This document shows positions 40,668 through 47,140 of a stretch of DNA of 47,140 bases, one piece after another. The notes beneath the pieces are model-generated. The model saw only the letters and a program-made list of their open reading frames with translations. It was not told the DNA's origin and made no database searches. The translations under genes and the position numbers were made by a program. This DNA is from Octopus bimaculoides. Its lineage: Eukaryota. The stretch spans positions 55,749,717-55,796,856 of the forward strand of contig NC_068995.1 of assembly GCF_001194135.2 (NCBI RefSeq), written 5' to 3'. Position 1 is the stretch's first letter, and each line of letters opens with the position of its first letter.

Positions 40668-41910
40668 GTCTGTGTGTATGTATGTTTATATGTATGTAAT
40701 TATGTGCACATATATGTTAGAGGGGAGGGCTGAAAAGTTCCTGGCTTTGGGTAAAAGAAAATTCAGGAGGATCAGTTAATTCTGATTTTATTCAACATTT
40801 TCCCCTTCCAGATTCACACATTTATTGCAGAGGTCCTTCAGTTTTTCTAAGCCCTATATGAAAACTTGGAAGGTTGGGCCTCTGACCAGGCCTTTCGTGA
40901 CACACTTAAAGCGAGGAGCTCTTCACCACCCTCTCATATGCGAATGTGTGTGTGTGTGTATGTCCTCACTATTGCTTAACAGCCAGTGTTGTTTGTTTAC
41001 ATCCATATCTTAATTTATCTGCAGTCCTTGCCAATGCCTGCAAACTCACACATTTTGGAACAGAAATACTGTCCAGTGTCTGTGACTTCAAAATTTTGCC
41101 AATGCCCCAAATTCTTTAATATGTCCTTTTTTTAAAATTGGAAGTGTGGCTTAGGAGAGGTTTGGTTGCCATTGGCCAAAAAGCAATTTCCCTCTGTCTG
41201 ATGGTTATGCTGAAAAAGATTGCATCAGGTTCAACTACCTCTCATAGTAACACTTGTCTCGGTTCTGTTTTTTCTTTGGTTCATTTGTGTTGCAGACATT
41301 ATAAATAAATGGAACTTTGATCTTCAAAGAAGAAAGTTAATATTCAGAAATGTCAAAATTATGATTTAAGTGAGGGCTGCGAAATGATAAGTGTCTCTAG
41401 TAGAAAATCAATCTGAAATTGTATATAAGGTTGGCCATAAACAATGATGGCTTTGGTGATAATGTCATTTATATATTTATTGCTCCCCTCTCTCTCTCTC
41501 TCTCTCTCTCTCATTCTATATATATATATATATACTTGTTTCAGTCATTTGACTGCGGCCATGCTGGAGCACCGCCTTTAGTTGAGCAAATCAACCCCAG
41601 GACTTATTCTTTGTAAACCTAGTACTTATTCTATCGGTCTCTTTTGCCGAACTGCTAAGTTGCGGGGACATAAATGCACCAGCATCAGTTGTCTAGCGAT
41701 GTTGGGGTGACAAACAGACACACACATACATATATGTATATATATACACATATATATATATATACACACAACAGGCTTCTTTCAGTTTCTGTCTACCAAA
41801 TCCACTCACAAGGTTTTGGTCAGCCCGAGGCTATAGTAGAAGACACTTGCCCACGGTGCCACACAGTGGGACTGAACCTAGCTACTTACCACACAGCCAC
41901 TCCTGCGCCT

Positions 41911-41953
<43 letters not shown>

Positions 41954-42743
41954 TTTCTCTCTCTTTCAGGCACCTGAAGCTTGGCTGGAAATGAATCATC
42001 CTACTTCAAAATCTGTGAGTATTGCATTTCATCATCATCATCATCATCATAATTTTTTTAATGTCCGCTTTCCATGCTGGCATGGGTTGGACAGTTTGAC
42101 TGAAGTCCAGCAAGTCAGTGGGCTGCACCAGCTCCAGTCTGATCTGGCAATGTTTCTACAGCTGGATGCCCTTCCTAATGCCAACCACTCTGAGTGTGTA
42201 TTGGCTGCTTTTTTACATGCCACCTGCACAGGAGCCGGTCAGGAGGCACTGGCATCGACCACATTTGGATGGTGCTTTTTAAGTGTCATCGGCATGGGAG
42301 CCAGTCAGGTGTCACTGGCATCGACCACACTGTTTACAATATCGCTAGGTTGCTGATTGAAGATATTGTGTCATGGTGAGCTGGCAGAATGGTGAGCATG
42401 CCAGACAAACTGCTTCATGGCATTTTGTCCATCTTTACGTTCTAAGTTCAAATGTCACTGGACTTAACTTTGCCTTTCATCCTTTTGGAGTCAGTAAAAT
42501 AAATACCAGTTGCACATTAGGGTCAATGTAATCAATTAGTCCCCTCTTGCAAAATTTCAGTCCTTGTACCTTTAGTAGAAAACGATTATTATTATTATTA
42601 TTGGGTGAGAGAGCAGTGCATGCCATCAAAGGGACAGTGGGGTACAGATATATGTAGCCGAGTATACCTAACCTGACTACCCGTCTGATAAGGGTATACC
42701 AGGCACATGCAGCACAACCACATGTGCACAACATGATGATCTT

Positions 42744-42788
<45 letters not shown>

Positions 42789-43137
42789 GAGGAATGTCAT
42801 GTTTAAAACTATTTTCTGTTGAGATGGGTCAAGTTTATTGAGGCAACATGACTTGCAGAAAATACCAATTCTAATTTTTGGTAGATATCTAACATTAATT
42901 GCATCATCTTTTGCAATTAAAAGATTAAAACAGATTCAGGTGGGTCGGTAGCTAAACAGCTTAAATGAAAATTTCAGCTTTGATTTTGGTAAGGCTGTAA
43001 AATATTCTTTTGTTGTTTCATTGCAGCACTGGAAAACGATGCCAAACTATTCCATCCTTGTTGATACGAGAGACCGGTTGTCACCACAAGTCACTTACGT
43101 CCCTCAGGAAAACATAAAACTTATTACTCACACTAGG
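38373..43137 (+). CDS. YccV/HspQ-like (hemimethylated-DNA-binding-like) domain protein with N-terminal hydrophobic anchor, 3'-incomplete; CDS join 38373-38494, 39609-39769, 40288-40406, 41970-42014, 43027-43137 (186 aa seen)
   Basis: Spliced protein MPLQRIAVFHLGLLLLVLPFQYFITR...SPAYFATSLKPRSPRPSNVEFRVGQVIKHKIWGYRGVIIGWDKVAIAPEAWLEMNHPTSKSHWKTMPNYSILVDTRDRLSPQVTYVPQENIKLITHTR. F.VGQV..HK..GYRGVI.GWD and P.Y..LVD....Y..QEN are YccV-like signatures. Five exons have consistent phases. No terminal exon was found, so it lies in the gap 43949-44878 or beyond the window. Confidence 0.9.
38812..39445 (-). mobile_element. RTE-clade LINE 3' end (RT C-terminus plus 3' UTR with (GAT)n tail)
   Basis: Minus-strand QLCWCGHVMHMDEDSCVK...EGTCGGGRPRKT*DEVV...DLWR matches RTE RL.W.GHV.R...GRP..TW. 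The same 3' UTR recurs at about 2660-3130, 13240-13550, 16735-17030 (opposite strand), 18800-18990, 31285-31370 and 42020-42350. Confidence 0.8.
39609..39769 (+). CDS. YccV-like gene exon 2 (161 nt)
   Basis: gtttag acceptor, gtaagt donor; VVKSVSVFRQKYLSWESWQRW...SPAYFA. Confidence 0.8.
40288..40406 (+). CDS. YccV-like gene exon 3 (119 nt)
   Basis: VEFRVGQVIKHKIWGYRGVIIGWDKVAI; ttcag acceptor, gtaagt donor. Confidence 0.93.
40718..40938. mobile_element. Mariner-type MITE copy in YccV-like gene intron
   Basis: gagggctgaaaagttcctggctttgggtaaaag...; degenerate right TIR. Confidence 0.7.
41535..41905 (-). mobile_element. SINE family A, near full-length
   Basis: Same consensus as 17080-17514. 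Confidence 0.75.
41970..42014 (+). CDS. YccV-like gene exon 4 (45 nt, APEAWLEMNHPTSKS)
   Basis: Polypyrimidine tttcag acceptor, gtgagt donor, phase 0/0. AP..W follows GWD as in the family. Confidence 0.87.
43027..43137 (+). CDS. YccV-like gene exon 5 (111 nt, HWKTMPNYSILVDTRDRLSPQVTYVPQENIKLITHTR)
   Basis: tgcag acceptor, gtaatt donor; second half of the YccV-like domain. Confidence 0.92.
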
Positions 43138-43574
43138 GTAATTATTACCATTATTTAGTTGTTCTTTCTTCTTTGTGTCTTTGACTGTCATTCACTCTAA
43201 TTTCTGTATAAAGAAATCACAGACATCTACCAATGCTGATTGTTATCGACTGAGAATCACAAGTAGATAAATTCGTTGGTGAGATATTGAACTCCTAACC
43301 AATATATTCAAAGTTTGATTTGGAAATAATCTACAGGCACAATCGGTGTATGAAAGCTAAAGAATAAAGTGTATTTGATGGAGGGAGACAAATTTTAAAT
43401 CTTTAAAATTACACCTTTAGGGATGAGAACTATCATCGTCATCATCATGACATTACATGTGGATTCCACACGTAATCTCATGGAAGATCCTAGAAAAACT
43501 GGGCTCCTACATCAACGGGAGCAAGATGTGCATAGCTGAATGGGCGAGAATATTAAAGAACTCCCTCGACCCAG

Positions 43575-43940
43575 GGAATGCTGCCCTTGGTCAAGAGGGT
43601 CGCTGCTGGAAGACCTTGTGTCTGGCAACAGAACTCTGCACCATATCACACAAGCAGGAGAACCCAGTCATGGTTGTCAGACAATTTCTGCAACCACATC
43701 ACCCCTGACATCTGGTCACCTAACTCCCCAGACTGCAACCCCCTTGATTATTATGTGTGAGGCACAGTTGAGCAAGCGACCAACAAAACTCCTTTTAACA
43801 CCAAAGATGAACTGAAGGCAAGGATTATGGCAGCATTCACCAACTTAAACAAGGAGATCATTCATAAGAGTTGCAGGAGATTCTGAAGTCGTCTGGAGGC
43901 CATGGTTGAAGCCAATGGCCATTTTATCGAATAAATTTAC
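43575..43940 (+). pseudogene. DD37D (maT-type Tc1/mariner) transposase C-terminal fragment
   Basis: WQQNSAPYHTS...WSPNSPDCNPLDYYV*GTVE...KDELKARI..AF...RLEAMVEANGHFIE*. There are 37 residues between the second (D mutated to N) and third catalytic positions. In-frame stops are present; the fragment abuts a gap. Confidence 0.85.
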
Positions 43941-46767
43941 TTGTTAGCNNNNNNNNNNNNNNNNNNNNNNNNNNNNNNNNNNNNNNNNNNNNNNNNNNNN
44001 NNNNNNNNNNNNNNNNNNNNNNNNNNNNNNNNNNNNNNNNNNNNNNNNNNNNNNNNNNNNNNNNNNNNNNNNNNNNNNNNNNNNNNNNNNNNNNNNNNNN
44101 NNNNNNNNNNNNNNNNNNNNNNNNNNNNNNNNNNNNNNNNNNNNNNNNNNNNNNNNNNNNNNNNNNNNNNNNNNNNNNNNNNNNNNNNNNNNNNNNNNNN
44201 NNNNNNNNNNNNNNNNNNNNNNNNNNNNNNNNNNNNNNNNNNNNNNNNNNNNNNNNNNNNNNNNNNNNNNNNNNNNNNNNNNNNNNNNNNNNNNNNNNNN
44301 NNNNNNNNNNNNNNNNNNNNNNNNNNNNNNNNNNNNNNNNNNNNNNNNNNNNNNNNNNNNNNNNNNNNNNNNNNNNNNNNNNNNNNNNNNNNNNNNNNNN
44401 NNNNNNNNNNNNNNNNNNNNNNNNNNNNNNNNNNNNNNNNNNNNNNNNNNNNNNNNNNNNNNNNNNNNNNNNNNNNNNNNNNNNNNNNNNNNNNNNNNNN
44501 NNNNNNNNNNNNNNNNNNNNNNNNNNNNNNNNNNNNNNNNNNNNNNNNNNNNNNNNNNNNNNNNNNNNNNNNNNNNNNNNNNNNNNNNNNNNNNNNNNNN
44601 NNNNNNNNNNNNNNNNNNNNNNNNNNNNNNNNNNNNNNNNNNNNNNNNNNNNNNNNNNNNNNNNNNNNNNNNNNNNNNNNNNNNNNNNNNNNNNNNNNNN
44701 NNNNNNNNNNNNNNNNNNNNNNNNNNNNNNNNNNNNNNNNNNNNNNNNNNNNNNNNNNNNNNNNNNNNNNNNNNNNNNNNNNNNNNNNNNNNNNNNNNNN
44801 NNNNNNNNNNNNNNNNNNNNNNNNNNNNNNNNNNNNNNNNNNNNNNNNNNNNNNNNNNNNNNNNNNNNNNNNNNNNNNATATATATATATATATACACTT
44901 GTGTCAGGTCACTTGTGAGGTTTCTCATGAGTGCTACTGGTTACATGGAATCCAGTACAACCTGTTACACAATCTGGTTGACACCAACTAAATCAGTACC
45001 CCCACTGCTTGGTGAGGAGGGTTGCTAGAAACTCTGCCAGATTAAGGACAAGACCTGTCAAAAGGACAGATGAACCTAGTGTAGGTTCAACTATCTAGCA
45101 ATAGAATGGCCCCCTCAGAAATTCGTGGTTATTGTCCAGTGTTCTGGAGGCCATCGGGGGCGAGGCATCCCTTAGCTTTTGTTAAAGTATGTCTCTAAGC
45201 AAAGATTACTCTGATATAAAACAAGATCTGCAAGGAATGGCATTTAGCATTTGGGGGATTTTTTGGTTGTGCTGGATATATTCTGACCTGGCTTGTCTCT
45301 GAATCAGTAGAGCGGAGAAGATCTGTGAAGTTCTGTGCAAGCCTTATTGGACCTAAAACTTGAAGTTGTGCAATCATCGGCAAGACAACTATCTGATGCT
45401 TGGTCGAGTAGGAGGGCACCGTGGCGAGCATGGGAGCTGTGGACACAAACTCGGATGGAGCCAACTGATGGTGCGATAACCCCATGCATGGGCATTGCTG
45501 GCCTTTTTCATTGGCAATGGTCAGTGATGGTCTTCCTCAGTCACAACTGGACAGCCATCATCATTATCACACACATATACTGGCATATCTCAACTTGAGA
45601 TGGTAATTGGTTTTGAAATGTGACTTGGCTCAAAAAAAAAAAAAAAGATGTAACAGAAAAATGTTTTGTTTTTTTGAAATCTTTTTGCTTATATCTCTTT
45701 TAATAAATGGTTTGTACATATTTTCACATGTATTTTATTTTGTTTTATTTTCCTTACCATTAATTTCTTTTTAAAAAATGACAAAGTCAAAAGAAATATC
45801 AAAGGAAATGATGCTGGAGGTGTGGCAGCAGAATCCTCGACGAACACAGCAGACAAAATATGCTTTGCAGAATTTCTTCCAGCTCTTTATGTTCTGAGTT
45901 CAAATCCCACTGGCATTAACGTTGCCTTACATCTTTTCAGGGTCAATAAAATAAAGTACCAGTCATGTACTGGGTTAAATTAACTGACTAACCTACTTCC
46001 CAACCACAAAAAAAAATTTCAGGCTTTTTGCCATTAATAAAAAGAATTATCAATGTTGGTCACTGTTGTGAGCTGACTGAATCATTGGTGCGTGGAACAA
46101 AATGCTTAGTTGCATTTCTTTGAGGTCCACATTTCGAGCTCAAATCTTATTGAGGTCAACTTTGCCTTTTAATCCTTTTGGAGTCTATAAAAGTAATTAC
46201 TGGTTAAAATTATTAAGTTAGCCCCTCCCATGCAGTAGGAAAAAAGATGAATGCACTTTTCGTCACCAATATGCAAAACAATGCTTTTTGAAGCATTTCA
46301 AATTGTTCGGAAGAAATATGGACTCAATACCTTGACAGCAGTGTTCCAACATAGCCATAACTCATTAACGATTTAATAGGTAGATTAGAAATATATTAGA
46401 GAACTTACTACGTTACGCTTTCCTTCGCCAAGGCCACTGAGAAGAAGAAAAGTTATCTCCCTTGAATTTCTGGTAGAAATGATTGAACGTTGGATTAAAC
46501 TTCTAATAGAATTTAAGCTCATCTTTCTACATACGGAATTCAGTCTTTGTTGGAAAAAAGAATCAATGACATCAGTAATCCCAATGTACTGTTATTCATT
46601 ATTTAATATCGTAAGCGACTACATCTTTTTCTTATATAAATTAACCATGCAGCCAGGGAAAGGAAATTTTTGAGAAATGGCAGAGTTAGTTCCCTTCAAA
46701 CACGAAATTAAAATATGAACGAATTTTTATGTCTGAACTATGTTCATAATTTATGCATTGACACCAA

Positions 46768-46818
<51 letters not shown>

Positions 46819-46866
46819 ATGTATATATATACATATATATATATATATGTATATATATGTATATAT

Positions 46867-47140
46867 ACCCAACTGGCATACACAGGGCCTGTAGGTACTG
46901 CAATCCCAGAACCACAAACAGTAAGAGATCTGGGCATCAACATGTGTAGTGATGCATCATTTCACATGCACATTGTCAAGTTGACAGCAAAGTGCAGACA
47001 ACTGGCAGGGTGGATACTGAGGACTTTCCGTACAAGGGATCAAAAAGTCATGCTGATTCTATGGAAGACATTTGTTCTGAGCCGCCTAGACTATTGCTCT
47101 CAGTTGTGGTCACTACACAGTGTTAAGCGGACAGCAGAAC
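46867..47140 (+). mobile_element. CR1/L2-like LINE reverse transcriptase C-terminal fragment (runs off window)
   Basis: VRDLGINMCSDASFHMHI...AGWILRTFRTRDQKVMLILWKTFVLSRLDYCSQLWS matches the post-RT DLG...L.Y.S..WS pattern. Starts directly after a (TA)n tract. Confidence 0.82.

Noticed and set aside
43924-44928. Long ORFs of 334/325 aa, plus those at 29601-29930 and 34791-35082
   Set aside because: They consist of N-gap codons.
43138-47140. Search for the terminal YccV-gene exon
   Set aside because: No phase-0 exon with a plausible family C-terminus was found in the sequenced portion, so none is annotated.

Overview
AT-rich, microsatellite- and SINE-dense eukaryotic DNA with four assembly gaps (26336-26487, 29636-29846, 34879-35000, 43949-44878). 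The repeat landscape suggests an octopus; this is inference. Three spliced protein-coding genes can be rebuilt by hand with GT-AG boundaries and consistent phases. (1) UBE2J1, the ERAD E2, on the minus strand: 7 coding exons, 606 aa, with a very large low-complexity cytosolic expansion in the last exon. (2) NSUN4, the mitochondrial rRNA m5C methyltransferase, on the plus strand, divergent from UBE2J1: 6 exons, 449 aa. (3) A 3'-incomplete gene on the plus strand encoding an N-terminal hydrophobic anchor plus a YccV/HspQ-like domain: 5 coding exons, 186 aa seen. The rest is decayed transposons (mariner, DD37D/maT, hAT and mariner MITEs, RTE, R4/Dong-like and CR1/L2-like LINE fragments, tRNA-derived SINEs), a 60-bp minisatellite, and several inverted-repeat structures. 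Most short ORFs in the supplied track are microsatellite, repeat or N-gap artefacts. The most interesting items are the membrane-anchored YccV-only protein, the roughly doubled UBE2J1, a 384-nt AG-exclusion zone before the UBE2J1 catalytic exon, a perfect 22-bp intronic hairpin, and a fold-back element carrying telomere-like repeats.
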